A stretch of DNA of 63,262 nt, filler included, from Reticulomyxa filosa (taxonomy: Eukaryota > Protista > Foraminifera), in the NCBI GenBank assembly GCA_000512085.1. It is 21 parts of 21 records of this genome, joined end to end, with 100 filler letters (N's around TTAATTAATTAA, not from the genome) between each part and the next. Parts side by side here need not be neighbours in the genome. Positions count along the whole stretch, not along the records: positions 1 to 4,554 come from ASPP01014403.1; positions 4,655 to 9,257 come from ASPP01009483.1; positions 9,358 to 14,407 come from ASPP01024008.1; 18 more parts are not named here. The stretch is one strand, 5' to 3'. Within the stretch, counting starts at the first letter, position 1, and every line of letters starts with the position of its first letter. Shown here piece after piece: positions 1 to 13,095 of this stretch. A program made the position numbers and the translations under genes. The notes beneath the pieces were generated by a model. It saw nothing but the letters and a program-made list of their open reading frames with translations, searched no databases and had not been told where the DNA came from.

Positions 1-1715
1 ATTTCTACAATCATATCGTGGTTCCCTGATAAGCCTGGATTTGCTGTTGGTTTGTTTTGTTTTTCCCTACGTGCTCAATATTTTCAAGGACAACTCAAAA
101 AAAAAAAAAAAAAACACACACAAAAAATGTAATGAATAAATTTGAAGGCATGGCATCGATGGGAATGGGAGGAGGGGCGTTTGTTGCCGCGCCAATAGTG
201 AGTCGGGTGATGGCAAGGAACTTTAAAACTCCGCAAATGCTAGACCCGGCATTGCACGATACGATAACTATGGACGGCAAGGGACAACACTTTATCAACG
301 GCATTCAGCAAGTGGTTCAATTGCATCCTGGGGATCTGCTCACAAGTGGGTTCAGCGATCATGTCGTCCAGTCTTTGCAAGAAGGACAATGGTACCTTGT
401 TGGAACAGGTGTTTTTTTTTTATATCAGAGTGGGTTAAAACAGAGAAAGAGAAACAAGGAAGAGCAAGAAGTGAGAGGCAGGAAAGTTCCATATGCTTGA
501 AAAAAAAAAAAATATATTGCACAAAGGACAAACTGGAGCTTCCATGGCAATGTGTTCACTGGGCTTAATCTATTTGACAACCATTGGCTGTGCTTCTGCC
601 TTTGCTAAGGTCCCACATCCCAAGTGGCAGGCACCAGCTTCGAATCAGCCAGTATCTGGCAAACCAGGTTTTGTTTTATTTGTATGTATGTGCACATTTT
701 TTTATTTTTTTTTTATTTTTTTTTTTTTTGCGTTGTTGTTTAAAGAAGAAAAGCTTGCGAATTGGATCAACAGGAAAAGTAACTCCACAAGTAGCTGCTG
801 CATTTACTCCAGAAGAGGCTGTACGTACTCCTCATTTCTACTTGCTGTGGGTCTGTTTTTTCACTTGTTCGACTGCTGGAATGGGAGTATTGGCAACTGC
901 CAAAACTCTGATCAGTCAGTCATTTGCAACATTGCTGCCTAGTGTAGTAACGTCCAGCTTTGCAGTCACATATGTTATGGCACTTTCTATTGCAAATTGC
1001 AGTGGAAGATTTGGATGGGGGGCTATTTCAGACAAAATTGGACAATTCACCACATTTACAATCTTTGGTTTGACTGGCTGTGCTTTATATGCAACTTTGC
1101 CTCATTGGGTAAATTCAATGACTGAAAATCCTTCTGTTTTCCCACTTACCATATTTTATGGTTCCACACTGCTCTTGATTTCTTTTTTTGGTGGAAATTT
1201 TTCAGCCATGCCAGCGTATGAAGCAAATCTCTTTGGGAGAAAACACGTTATTGATTTTATTTTTTATCATTTGTTTTTCTTTCTCCCTTTATACATTTAG
1301 TTTTTGATGCTCCCCATTACTTTGGACATGAATCGAAAAATAGGTTGGTCCAATACATGGACGAATGTTGACTGGATTTGCGCTGTCTGCTGTAGCAGGG
1401 CCTAAATTGGTGACCTATTTAAATGAAAGAAACGAAAAAAAAAATATTATTGAGCTTGCAGCCAAAATTGAGCCAGACAACTTCTTCAAACATTTTGGTG
1501 CTCCTATCGAAGAGATTGAGAAATTAATCGAATCTAAGGCAGTCTCAATCAACAAATTACTACAATTAGTTCCTCCAAATCAATCAGTTGTTGACCCTAC
1601 CCCATTTTTGTTTCATGATACTTTGTATACAATGAGTGGAATGATGGCAATATGTGCACTAGCAAACTTTGGAGTAAAATGCTTAGGAGTCCCTAAAAAA
1701 GGTGCAAATCGTTGA
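1..1715 (+). CDS. MFS transporter, oxalate:formate antiporter (OFA)-like; multi-exon, 5' truncated
   Basis: Exon peptides SWFPDKPGFAVG, MGMGGGAFVAAP, TPEEAVRTPHFYLLW, ANCSGRFGWGAISDKIG and GGNFSAMPAYEANLFGRKH are characteristic of OFA-family MFS proteins. The exons are split by AT-rich introns. Confidence 0.8.
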
Positions 1716-2175
1716 AAATTTCGTCAAAAAAAGTCTGTTTTTTATTACACTTCTTTTTTTCATTTAGTTTTGAAGAGAACTGTACAATTTTTTGATTATC
1801 AAAATTACTGTTTTCAACAATGTTATATAATAGTATCTCTTCTTGCGCTGTAATGAGATATTTTTTCACGTCTACATACAAGAAAAAAATCACCGAACTG
1901 GCTCATGAATTATATTTTACAATTTCGAAGGAATGAAAAAATTATTTCCAATATACAAGACGTTTTTCAGTGTATGAATGGATAAAAGGGAGTCACATTA
2001 TTAAATTCAAATCACTGGCTTTCATCGTTTTTTCAGTTTCATCCCATGTTATGTTTTAAATCCAAATATGCAAATAATTCTTTAAAAATTTGGAAAAAAG
2101 AGGTAATATCACCAAGTAAAAATCAAAAATCTACCAAAGCTAAGAAGGATCATTTATTTTCATTGTGATGATGTT

Positions 2176-4461
2176 CTATTGATAAGTAGTTTTGGATTTC
2201 TTTTTTGAAGTTTTGTGTCCTCGTTTATCACTTTTAGATTTGGACTTATGAGACTCTTTGATCTTGCTTCCACTCCTGCTCCTATTTCTACTTCTGCTCC
2301 TATTTCTACTTCTGCTCCTATTTTTACTTCTGCTCCTATTTTTACTTCTGCTCCTATTTCTACTTCTGCTCCTATTTCTACTTCTGCTCCTATTTCTACT
2401 CCTACTCCTACTTCTGCTCCTGCTTTTACTTCTGTTTTTGGCTTGTTTCGCTTTGCGACTGCCTCTATGTGAAAAATGGAAAATTGAGAGAAACAAAACC
2501 AGATAAAAAAAATTAAGTAATGCAACAAACTTTGAATTGGAGCGATCTCTGCTGTTGGAATTTGAACGAACACTTGGCGGAGTCCGATGAACAACTTGCT
2601 CTTCTCTTTCTTCACCAGATTCTACGTCTTCTTCATTCATTGATTTTTTCCCTATTCTTTCTATTTGTTTATCTTTTTCTATCTCTTTGTCTTTTTCGTG
2701 ATCGTTGTGATATTCTTTTTTTATGTTCATCACATTTTCTGTTTCTTTTTCGGTTTGAATTTGGGGTCGGAATTGAGGCTGTGCCGGAGATTGGAGTTGA
2801 GATGAAGTTTGATTTTGAACTTGGATTTGTGATTGTGTTTGTGTGTGAGTGTCAGTTGTATTTGCAATTTCAGATTTATCTTCTATTTCTTTTTTTACAA
2901 GAGGATCGCTTGTGGCAGAATGATTTTTGTCTACATCATTTGTGATGATACCTGGACTATGTCTCCTCGCTTCTGAACGAGAATGAGACCTATCTCTCTT
3001 TGGTTCATGTGGTTTATCTTTGGAATATCCTTCTGTGTCAAGTTTATTATGTAATTGAACTTTTTCTCCGTCTTTAGCAATATTTGTATTAATATTTGTA
3101 CTTGTATTTGCATTTGTGTTTGCACTTGCATTTGTATTTGTATTTGTATTTGCATTTATATTGTTTGTGTTCGTATTTGTATTTGTTCCATTATTATTGT
3201 GGTCGTCTTCAAATGTCCTATCTTTGTCATTGATTATTTTAATTGGAGCCTCACTTGACTCTTCTTTTGTGTGACTATGCACGGAGCTCTTTTTGGATTG
3301 TCTGCTATGGCTTCGTGAATTTGATTTCGACTTGTCGTGTCTCGAACGGCTTCGACGTCTTCTTTCACGAGAACGAGAGCGAGAATGTGATACCGATCTC
3401 GATTTGGACTTTGACTTGGATTTGGACTTGGATTTGGATTTGGATTTGGATCTGGATTTAGATCTCGATTTGGACTTGGATTTGGACTTGGACTTGGATT
3501 TTGATCTGGATTTGGATTTGGATTTGGACTTGGATTTCGACTTTGACTTGGATTTGGACTTAGTTTTGGATTTGGATTTGGACTTGGATTTGGATTTGGA
3601 TTTGGACACCCCTCTGCGACGACGACTGCCTCTCGATCTTGAACGACTGACACTACGTTGGAAAAATTCTCTTTCGTCTTCACAGCGAACTCTTCGATCG
3701 CGAATTCGGACTTTGTCCAAGTTGCGGACAGCCCAGCGGTAATCACTTGCAGAAATGTACTCCACAACAGCGTGCCTTTCTCCCTTTCGCATCTCAAAAA
3801 ATATGGTGGCAATTCTCCCTGCTTTGGAAGCAAAGTCTTGAATATCTCTTTCACTGACATCATTTTCAAAACCATGAATGATCATCCGATTGGAACTGAA
3901 TGACCCCATCGAACTCGTGTGGCTGCCCACAAACACGGAGCTCGGAGCATGGCCATGTCCATGCCTGGATCCATAAGCCTCCATTTGAGGTGTATTGTAT
4001 TCATAAGGCCCATAGCCCGTTCCATAGGAATATGTATATGCCCCTCCATATGGGAGTTGTGGAGCACTGGTTTGATGTGCAACACTTTGGTGATTTCTGC
4101 CATATTGTCCATGGCTATTGCTGTTGCTATTATTATTATTATTATTATTCGCCGCACTGTTGCTATTGGCATTGCTATTACTATTGCTATTGCTGTTATT
4201 GTATTGATCATAACTCCGTGAATATCCCATTGATGACGGGCTGTTGCTGTTATGATGTCCACGATATGATTCGGTATATTGCTTTCGTAGACTCGGAGAC
4301 CGCCGATGAGTGTATGGGTCATAGCGATTGCTATGTCCATAGTCACCACTTCTGCTATCTCTGCCACTTCTCCTCTCTCTTCCATCCCTTCCATCTCGAA
4401 TGTGATTATGTCGAGAACTTCGATAACCACTGCGAAATACTGACATTCTCGTGTCTTCCAA
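2176..4461 (-). CDS. SR-like RNA-binding protein (RRM followed by long RS/SK dipeptide tracts)
   Basis: RRM-like segment RMIIHGFENDVSERDIQDFASKAGRI...HAVVEYISASDYRWAVRNLDKVRI resembles SRSF RRM2. It is followed by (SK)n and (RSRNRS)n tracts. The ORF reads through a probable short intron near 2470-2520. Confidence 0.75.
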   Translation of the reverse strand: MEDTRMSVFRSGYRSSRHNHIRDGRDGRERRSGRDSRSGDYGHSNRYDPYTHRRSPSLRKQYTESYRGHHNSNSPSSMGYSRSYDQYNNSNSNSNSNANSNSAANNNNNNNSNSNSHGQYGRNHQSVAHQTSAPQLPYGGAYTYSYGTGYGPYEYNTPQMEAYGSRHGHGHAPSSVFVGSHTSSMGSFSSNRMIIHGFENDVSERDIQDFASKAGRIATIFFEMRKGERHAVVEYISASDYRWAVRNLDKVRIRDRRVRCEDEREFFQRSVSRSRSRGSRRRRGVSKSKSKSKSKSKSKTKSKSKSKSKSKSKSKSKSRSKSKSKSKSKSKSRSKSRSKSKSKSKSKSKSKSKSRSVSHSRSRSRERRRRSRSRHDKSKSNSRSHSRQSKKSSVHSHTKEESSEAPIKIINDKDRTFEDDHNNNGTNTNTNTNNINANTNTNTNASANTNANTSTNINTNIAKDGEKVQLHNKLDTEGYSKDKPHEPKRDRSHSRSEARRHSPGIITNDVDKNHSATSDPLVKKEIEDKSEIANTTDTHTQTQSQIQVQNQTSSQLQSPAQPQFRPQIQTEKETENVMNIKKEYHNDHEKDKEIEKDKQIERIGKKSMNEEDVESGEEREEQVVHRTPPSVRSNSNSRDRSNSKFVALLNFFYLVLFLSIFHFSHRGSRKAKQAKNRSKSRSRSRSRSRNRSRSRNRSRSRNRSRSKNRSRSKNRSRSRNRSRSRNRSRSGSKIKESHKSKSKSDKRGHKTSKKKSKTTYQ
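2272..2430. repeat. 18-bp coding tandem repeat (CTTCTGCTCCTATTTCTA-like) encoding RSRNRS on the minus strand
   Basis: About 8 near-identical units are visible directly. Confidence 0.9.
3400..3607. repeat. Hexamer coding repeat (GATTTG/GACTTG) encoding (SK)n
   Basis: Visible directly; degenerate only at synonymous or near-synonymous positions. Confidence 0.9.
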
Positions 4462-4554
4462 CTGTCCATTGTACCTGGAGTCATTGCCACTGACATTTCC
4501 ATCCCAGAGTAATTTCCGAGTTTTTTTTTGAGAAGGGAGAGGAAAAAAAAAAAA

Positions 4555-4654
4555 NNNNNNNNNNNNNNNNNNNNNNNNNNNNNNNNNNNNNNNNNNNNTT
4601 AATTAATTAANNNNNNNNNNNNNNNNNNNNNNNNNNNNNNNNNNNNNNNNNNNN
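4555..4654. other. Artificial contig-joining spacer (first of 20): N44-TTAATTAATTAA-N44
   Basis: The identical 100-bp unit (stop codons in all six frames) starts at 4555, 9258, 14408, 16533, 18763, 20196, 21907, 24014, 28796, 31415, 33444, 35849, 37376, 38747, 41166, 43133, 45562, 46942, 48141 and 53111. Confidence 0.98.
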
Positions 4655-4850
4655 TTTTTTTTTTTTTTTAATATTTTTATTTTTTTTTTTTTTTTTTTAA
4701 AAAGTTTGAATGATTGAAACATTGTTTTTTTATTATTGTTGTGTGTTGTTCACTTGCAAACTGTTTTTCCTATCCAAAAAAAAAAAAAAAAAAATTTAGT
4801 GCAACGTATACCACTCCCAAACCCTTTCCCCTCCGATCAAAGGACAATAC

Positions 4851-5373
4851 TCAAACTGATAATGATTTTGTGTTTTGATTGACCAAGAAACTCTCCATTC
4901 CCTTCAATTGGATTTCATAGGTTTCTTTCACCTCTTTCATCTCTGTTTGCAATGACTTGATCAGCTGATCTCTTTCATTCACTTCATCTTTCAACATATA
5001 TATATATTTTTTTTTTTTAATGGTAATAATCATGATGTAATAATTTTGTTGTTGTCATTATTATCACGAATCACAAACCTTTCAAAGTGTTGTATTCCAT
5101 GAGCAAATGGTTCAGGCTTTTTTGATTTTCCATTAATTCATTCTGCATACTGCCTACCGCATTTCGCCAATCGTTCACATGGTTTCGTACTGTCAACTGC
5201 AGCTTCTCGTACGTATGCTCTCCTGCATCGATCAAACGAAGTTCTGCCGATGAGAGTTGGGGATCAATCTCCTCGTCGAACTTTTGAAGCAGTTCTTGGC
5301 AATACTGCATGATGTCTTGCAAAGCCTTGTCATTATCATCACCATCCGCTGCTAAAGCTGAATTATGAGTCAT
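4851..5373 (-). CDS. Hypothetical coiled-coil protein, multi-exon
   Basis: Two exon-like ORFs (5071-5373, 4851-5033) with helical, E/L/Q-rich content separated by an AT-rich intron-like segment. Confidence 0.45.
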
Positions 5374-6065
5374 TGTTTGAGCGCTGTTAGTGAGGATGAC
5401 ACCTTTTTTTTAATTAAATTATATCAACCTTTAACATATTGCGTGACTACGCATGCAATTAAAAACATATTAATTGTTTTTAGATTAATTGACGTTATTC
5501 TTGCTTTATCCAAACAGATTCATTTTTTGGGATGAAAAGGTATATACTCAAATTGGGTCTGGTTCTATAAAGAGCCTAAGAAGTAAGATTTTACAACAGC
5601 AAAACAAACTTTATATGCTGTTTCTTTTTTTGAGAAACATGCATGCCGAATGATCGAGTTACATGACAGTTCGTCGATTCAGTTACACCAAAATAAGTGA
5701 AAGTAAATGATGAGACGTGGGGCGGAGTTGCATTAAAACATATCCCCAGCACAAAAGTTAAAAAAAAGTTTAGAACAAAAATATCCAAAAAGACAATTCA
5801 ACAAGTATTTTGTAATAAAAAAAACGGTTTAATACTGGAAGCAATAAACATGCGAGAAAAGGAGAAATTGACAATCAGATAAGAATGGGAAAAAAAAATT
5901 TATTGAACCGTCCAAAATAAAAAAAAGGGAAAACAAAAGAGACTTTAAAAAACCGACCATACACATCCAAAAAGAACCAACATCAAGTTCTTTTGTGTGT
6001 GACCCGTATGCCAACTAAAAAAAAAAAAAAACAACAAAAAAAAATTGGAAATACAATACAATGAA

Positions 6066-9000
6066 TTAATCTCCAATATTGTACGACTTTCCAGTATTTA
6101 ATTTTCTTCGCTTGTTGTTAGGATTAGGAACGGTAGGAGACACGGAGGTGTCGTCGTTTGTCATAGGGCTATAATTAGGTTCAGGTCTTTTTCTTTTTTT
6201 AATGGACGAATTTGTTTTGAAATGTTTATGTCTGGTGTTTTCGATATTTTTGTCGGAATCACTTGGAATAATTTGTGAAAGGTCATCATTGAGCGTTTGA
6301 TAATCGTCACAAGAAGTGTGGCTTTCGTTGGATTTCAACGACAGGCAGTGGCTTGAAAAGTTTGAGTGATTCGGTTTGTCTTCCAAACTCGCGTTATTCA
6401 AAGATTCGCTAGAGGCAGGATGTACCAATTCAAGGAAGCATTCGTCAATGCTAAGTCGAATGTACCGTTTTTCTTCTAGGCATACTTCGACCTCAAAGTG
6501 ATGAGGGCCGATCTCATCCGTTATTATTCCACGCTTTCCGCAATAGTTTTGCAAACTTTGTGTTTTTCATTTTTTTTTTTTTTGTTATGTAAGCCCCTTA
6601 AAAAAAAAAGCTGCATGTAAATATTTTTTCATAAGGCATGTTTGGTCGAAACAAAAAAAAAAAAAAATTACCAGAAATTATCTGCAATTCGAACAATGGA
6701 AGATTTTTTTTATTGTGTGATGTTCATGTTTGAAAGGGGTGGTATCGTCTTGTGTGTAGTTTGCTATTTCATAGATTGGGGTGGCCACTTGATCTCTTTG
6801 TAGACTTTCGTTTGTGTTGTCGTGATTATTTTCTTCCATACCCGACAGAACTTTGTCTCTCTCTGCCATTACGGATTCGTCTGGGATCATTAGACCTAAT
6901 TCTGTATACGTGCAATTAAAAAAAAAAAATAGCTTTAGAAAACATCCGCAAATGCGCTTCATTAAAAATAAAATAAAAAAACACAAAAAAATTTTAAAAA
7001 GTAGTAGTTTTTACCTTGGCAAATTTCTTTTAATTTAGAATAAGAAATTCTCTTCAAGCGATTCCATGTAGCATTGCGTTCTATGGAGTCTAAATAAGGT
7101 GGCGAGGGTAATTCCAATTTTTTGCTGTTTTCCAATCACACGCATACAACATGTTTAAAAAAAAACTCATATGCATCTATTAGGTACATTGTGGTTTTAA
7201 ATTTAAAAAAAAAAAAAACGAAAAGTTTTTTTTTTGGAATATTCCTTCGTACAATAATGAGAACACCTCTTTTTTTCCTCTACCTTCCCCCTTCATAAAA
7301 AAAAAAAAAAAAAATCTATACATATATAAAATACCTTTTGTAAAATTCGCACACTCCTCGTCTTGTGGATCGCCTTACATTCAATTCGAACCCCCTTCTT
7401 TCCCTTTCTTCTTCTTCGAAAATATTTCGGAATTGCTCCTCCGGAAACACTTCTTCTTTGGCCCATATGGCTTCGATAAGAGGTGGTCTCGTATTACCGA
7501 CGACAGTGTAGGAAGAGTCGTTTTGGAAATTGGCACTAAATCGCTCTTTGCCAACATTGCGGAGATACTCGTCAAAAATTTCCGAATGGGTTCGGAGTTC
7601 TCCGGAATAATTAACATCGCTTTGTTCTGTGTGTTCGTTTCGTTTTGTCGATGGACCGTCTATCGGCACAACTGGTTTATTGTCGACTAACAATGCAAAG
7701 CCAGGTAAGCCAACAGGTTTGGTCATGTCATTGAAACGAAGGAACTCGTTGTTATGATCTGTTTTTTGATTTTTTTGATGTTGTTGATATTGATATTGAT
7801 GTTGATGTTGATGTTGATGTTGATGTGGATATTGATATTGATATTGAGGTTGATATTTTAGTTTGGGATTGAAATTGTTTTGTTTTTCATTGTCATTATT
7901 GCCATTGGCTTTGTCGCCGTGTACTCTTGCTTCTTTCATTTGTCTTTTTATTTGCGCTTCTTTTTCATTGTCTTCTTCTTCTTCTTCTTCTTCTTCCTCT
8001 ACGTCTTCGTCCTCTTCCTCTGCCTCTTCTTCTTCTTCCTCTTCTTCGTCATTTTCCTCCCCCTCTTCTTCTTCTTCTTCTTCTTCTCCATCATCATCGT
8101 CATCATCATCATCATTATCATTATCATTCGCAGCAGTGGCAGCAAACTGCACGACGCTCCTTCTCGCTTCCATCTCCCTTGGGTCTTTGTCGTGTTCGTG
8201 TTCGTGGTCGTCTTCGTCGTCTTCCTCTTCGATTCGTTGTGGTTCATTTTCGGATTTGTCGGTCAAAATGGTAGCTTGCGAGATTAATAATTCGGCATGT
8301 TGGGGCAATTGAAGCACACAATGGGATTTGTTTTTATTTTTTTCGCTGCTATTTTCCGCGTCATTGTTATCATACCTCTTTGCGTTGACAGCTGCAAGTG
8401 TCGCAGCGCCATGTGTTGTTGCCGCTGCCGCTGCCGCTGCTGCTGCTGTGGTTGCTGTTGCTATTGTCGCAACAGAGTTATCATTAATACAATTCTTTGA
8501 AACAATCCTGACCATGTCTTCATTGACTTTGCTCATCGAAGCCGTTGCTGTGATGGCTGCATCACAGTCTTTGGGCTTCTCTTGGTTCAATGCTGGCAAA
8601 TTCAGGTTGCCGTGTTTTTCGCTGGCCTCTTTGCTCAGCACATTTTTTTGCAACTGCGCTTTCGGAAGTACCGACACAGATATTGGAGAAAACTGGCTAT
8701 AGTTGGAACCGTTCATATTCATATTCATATTCGTATTCGTACTCGTCGTCATCATTGTGTTGCCTGCATTACTTCCAGCACCGCCATTGCCAGCGGATGT
8801 TGCTACCGCTACAAATGGCACTGTGGAGCCCGAGTTCAATGTATAGCTGCTCGCGTTCGCATTGGGGTTACTCGGGTTGTTCAAGATCACAATCAATTGG
8901 TCGTTCGTCGGCTTCCCGTGGGCACGGCCAATCATTGTGGGCACATGGTTATTGCCATTGGTGACGTTCGAGGGATTTTGATAAGTCGATACTGGAAAGG

Positions 9001-9148
9001 GCAGAGAATACGTGTTATAATGACCAGCAACACTGCCTGCATTTCCCTCGTTTCCGCCATTGCTTCCGCCTTCTGCCGAATTCATCTGATATGCAACCAC
9101 TCGGTTCAAGTTACCCAAGTGCAGAGTAGTTACATTCTTACCCCACAT
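6066..9148 (-). CDS. Large low-complexity hypothetical protein (acidic, poly-A and HQ tracts); probably continues through exons at 6678-6986 and 6066-6554
   Basis: 610-aa ORF 7316-9148 plus downstream same-strand exon-like ORFs. No family recognised; joining into one gene is uncertain. Confidence 0.45.
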
Positions 9149-9357
9149 CCGGTACTGTTTGTCATATACGTTGTTGACACTGATGTTGGAACATTGCGCG
9201 TCGTCGCGATCGCTGGAACCTTAGATTCATTTTCAAAAAAAAAACGTAAATAAAAAANNNNNNNNNNNNNNNNNNNNNNNNNNNNNNNNNNNNNNNNNNN
9301 NTTAATTAATTAANNNNNNNNNNNNNNNNNNNNNNNNNNNNNNNNNNNNNNNNNNNN

Positions 9358-9393
<36 letters not shown>

Positions 9394-9397
<4 letters not shown>

Positions 9398-10534
9398 GAC
9401 CTCTTTTCAGTTAAAATGCAAGATAAAATCAACATAATCACGTCAATAGACAATGTCGTGAGCAAAGGCTGCAACGAGATATGATAGGTTTCGGGGAGCC
9501 ATAAAGTGACTTCTTCGTCGGGTACATTTGGGATCTGGGACTTGATCGGGACACGAAAGACATCGCCCAATGCCGGGGTTGGATGGCGAATTATGCAATC
9601 CAACAGTGGGAAGATGGCCCCGGAGCAGCATAGCCAGCGAGTCAATATGTGGTCCATTATTTGATCCAACAGCGATAAAAAGGGGTGTTTTGACACCAAG
9701 CACAAACTCGTTGGCATTGCAGCACACTTTCCATTGGCTAATTTTTCGAGTTTTTGAAAACGATATGTGATTATATATATATTATTTTTTTTTTTAACAC
9801 ATTGCACTATATATACATGCATATACATATGCATATATACATATACATATGCATATATATATGTATATAAACAAATTCAAACCTGAAGTGTTGTATAGTC
9901 GTCGACAATGCCCATACAATCTTTGTGCTCCTGTTTTGGTGAGAACAAAATCAAATTTTTCCGATTGCAATGGATGTTGAAACAAAGCTCGATAGTATCT
10001 GTCTTCCTTTTGATATTTGCTCAACAGTACTTTGTACTTGTGAAGTATATCGGATAAATCTGGAAAGCAAAACTTGCGGATTTGATCTAATATTTCGCTT
10101 TCTTCTTCCATTTGCTCTTGTGTCAACCTCGGACTTGCTTTGTTGTCTTTCTTTTCTCTTTGTGATCGGTCCACTGACAAAGATGGGGATGCCCTTGTCA
10201 TTGTTGTCGATTGCATACTCGTTTTGTTCGCGTTATATGCATATTTTACAACCGGACGATAACGCACCTCTTTTTTTGTTTGTTTGTTTTTGTTTTGTCT
10301 TTTAGCGTCTTGGGGAATACAATCCCTTCCCTTTTTTTTTTTCCGCTGATAAACAATCGATAAACAACAATGTATGTAACCATTCGGGTTAGCTGAGCCT
10401 GCGTCTGGTGAAGTAACGCTTGTTTCTTCTAACGTGACAACTGCAAAATACTCAAAAAGTCGCGGAATTCCGGAAGTAATCTGCTCATTTTGAGCGTCTG
10501 AGATCTTTGTCTGTGACATGATGTTTAGATTCAA
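9394..10534 (-). CDS. DENN-domain protein (uDENN-cDENN), multi-exon, 3' truncated
   Basis: PRLFEYFAVV, IRKFCFPD, FDFVLTKTGAQRLYGHCRRL, PTSLCLVSKHPF and LLTTLSIDVIMLILSCILTEKR match DENN Rab-GEF motifs. Confidence 0.85.
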
Positions 10535-11450
10535 TTTTTGAAATATCTAAAGAATTTGCAGTTTTTGATCACAGGGTTATTTAATTATGTCTTTTGTTCG
10601 CTCAACGCTTTTACCAGTTTTATTTACTATGATATATTTTTATATAAACTAGGCTGACTTTTGGGGAATTAAAACAACATTCATCACAAAGCTTAAATTG
10701 TCCAAATAAATCAAACCCTATTTGCAAAATCTGGCCATTATATAGACGATCGGAAACAACTTAACTGTCCTTATAATGAATGTGTTCATATAATTTTTCT
10801 TTGTTCATCAGCAAACGTCCAATCACAAGTTCTGATCATTATTTTTGCAATTCATTTTACAACATTTAAATCGTAAAATGTTTTTTCTAAGACAGCTATT
10901 ATCACAATCTTTACATTTTCTTTTATAAGATAATATAATATCAAAAGCACAGCATATAAAAACTACTTATGAAGATGATTAATTTTCTTTATGGAAAACA
11001 ACATTAATCTTGATATTTTCCTAATGTTATCTTTTCGTCTTTGAAATTTTTTTTACTAATTTCTTCTTTTTTTTAAAGTTTTACTCTGAAACCTTATTTG
11101 ACTATTTTTCTATGAATGCGTTACTAACAATAACTTTTTTGTAATCAAATAAAAAAAAACGCAAAAAATTGCGTATAATATAGTTCAAACAAAAAACATG
11201 AAAAACTGCACATTTTATCCGTGTTTCACTTTATCATTTTTTTGTCAACTTCTGTTTTGATATCTAAGCAGCACTTTTTATTGTATTGCACAACGTAACT
11301 TATCAATGAAATTAAAAAAGAATCATCAAAAGGACAGCAAAACAAATCTAGAACGATATCGATTAGAAATTTAAAAGATGAATTATCGATCCGAGATCTA
11401 GCTAATTATTTGTTTCCGAGTGAAGGGAGTCTTTTTGTAAAATAAAGAAA

Positions 11451-13095
11451 ATGAGTGTACCAACAAAAAAGATATTATCCAAAGAAGATGCAAAAAAGCA
11501 GGATTTCAGCAAAAAATTGGTAGATTTGTTAAAACAAAAGCCAGAAGTTAAGATAATGAAAGCCTGAAAAAAAAGAAAAATTACCAGAAAATACTGAAGA
11601 AATTTCAAAACAAAATAGGGGATACTTATGAAAGAAATTCAAGAGAAATTTAGCGACTACAGCCGTCAATTTATATCCAGTGTAATAAATGAAATGCATT
11701 TACAATTTTGCATGCTGGGTTTTGTTTCAGAAGCCCCGCTCATCGTTGTATTGCGCAGTACAGGAACAATCATGCAGTGAGTTTTGATTCTAAACACTCA
11801 TTTTTGATTCGTATCAAAAAGAAGACACATGTGTATGTGTGTAAAAGACAATCTATAAGTTGCCAATTCACCACTTGTGTCCCCCCCAAAAAAAAAAAGG
11901 CTTCGTGGACTGTCAACCGAGGAACATAATGTATACAATGCAATAGAAAGATCAAACCGAATAGGAAGGACGTCACTGGAATTAAGGCACCAAAACGCAC
12001 AAATGAAAACATTGGATTTAAACAAAGTGCTGAAGAAACTGTTGACAAAGAATCTGATAACTGAGTACAAAACGACAGCTCAAAAAAAATTATATGTTTG
12101 TCCACAATTCAAGCCAATAGACGACGCTTACACACACGCGTTTTTAAACAAACTTGGACATATCGATTCCGAATTTGTTGAAGATATCAAAGACTTTATT
12201 TATCAAGAAATTACCGGCTCTGTTTTGTTTTATTTTTCAATTGCTTACACATATATGTATATATATGTACATATACATATACATTTATTTATAACTTTTT
12301 TTTAAATTGTAGGGATTCAAAGGTGCAACTTCATCAGAACTGGCATCGTCTTTGTCGAGACATCAGAAGACAAGCAATCCAAAAGGCTTACCTTTGGATG
12401 ATGTAGAGAGAATTGTGTATCTACTGTTAGTTGAGAACTTGGTGGAAATCGTCCCATCGACCGTCCCTCGGGGCATTGTACGCTCGTTTCTCAAGCCTTA
12501 TCAAAACAGTTATCGCCACATCTTAGAGGCGGTGAAGAAAATAAGGAAATACAAACAAAATATTGAATCACAATTGAACGAGTCAACAAATGAACAGCAA
12601 TCGCAATCCTTTTCAATACATCCAATCGATTCGGCTAAGGATGAACTTGATCACAAAACGATTAAAAAACAGTCCGAGGAGAAACATTCTTCTTCTCCTT
12701 CTATACCAATCAAAATCGAAGATATGGGCAATTCCTTTAATCCTTTTGATATGTCTGGCGTATCTTCTTCCAGAAACTCCAATATCAAAATGACTGCTAA
12801 CCAATCAACACTGTCTGCTAATCAAAAAATTAAAATTGAATACGACAAACCTAACGATACTAGTCTTTCTTTGCTTGAGAGGGCACACATTCATCGAATC
12901 CAAATTGATGATGAAAAGGAAGAGTGGCTTACCATTGAAGGAGAAAATGGCATTCGGTTCAAAGCAATTCAACATAAATATACTTCTACTTTCACATATA
13001 TTCCTTGTCAGTCTTGTCCTGTTTATCACCAGTGTAATGATGGCGGAGTCATCAATCCTAAAGATTGTATTTATTTGGAGGAATGGATAGATTGA
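11451..13095 (+). CDS. POLR3F: RNA polymerase III subunit RPC6/RPC34, multi-exon
   Basis: LRGLSTEEHNVYNAIERSNRIG...LKKLLTKNLI winged helix, IDSEFVE motif, and C-terminal Fe-S motif PCQSCPVYHQCNDGGVINPKDCIYLEEW. ATG inferred at 11451. Confidence 0.9.

Noticed and set aside
2160-3742. Overlapping poly-L, (DL)n, (PN)n and SAPIST ORFs
   Set aside because: Alternate-frame readings of the RS/SK coding repeats.
4599-4610. Regularly recurring TTAATTAATTAA as a CRISPR-like or biological repeat
   Set aside because: Always embedded in N44 on both sides; it is a six-frame-stop assembly linker.
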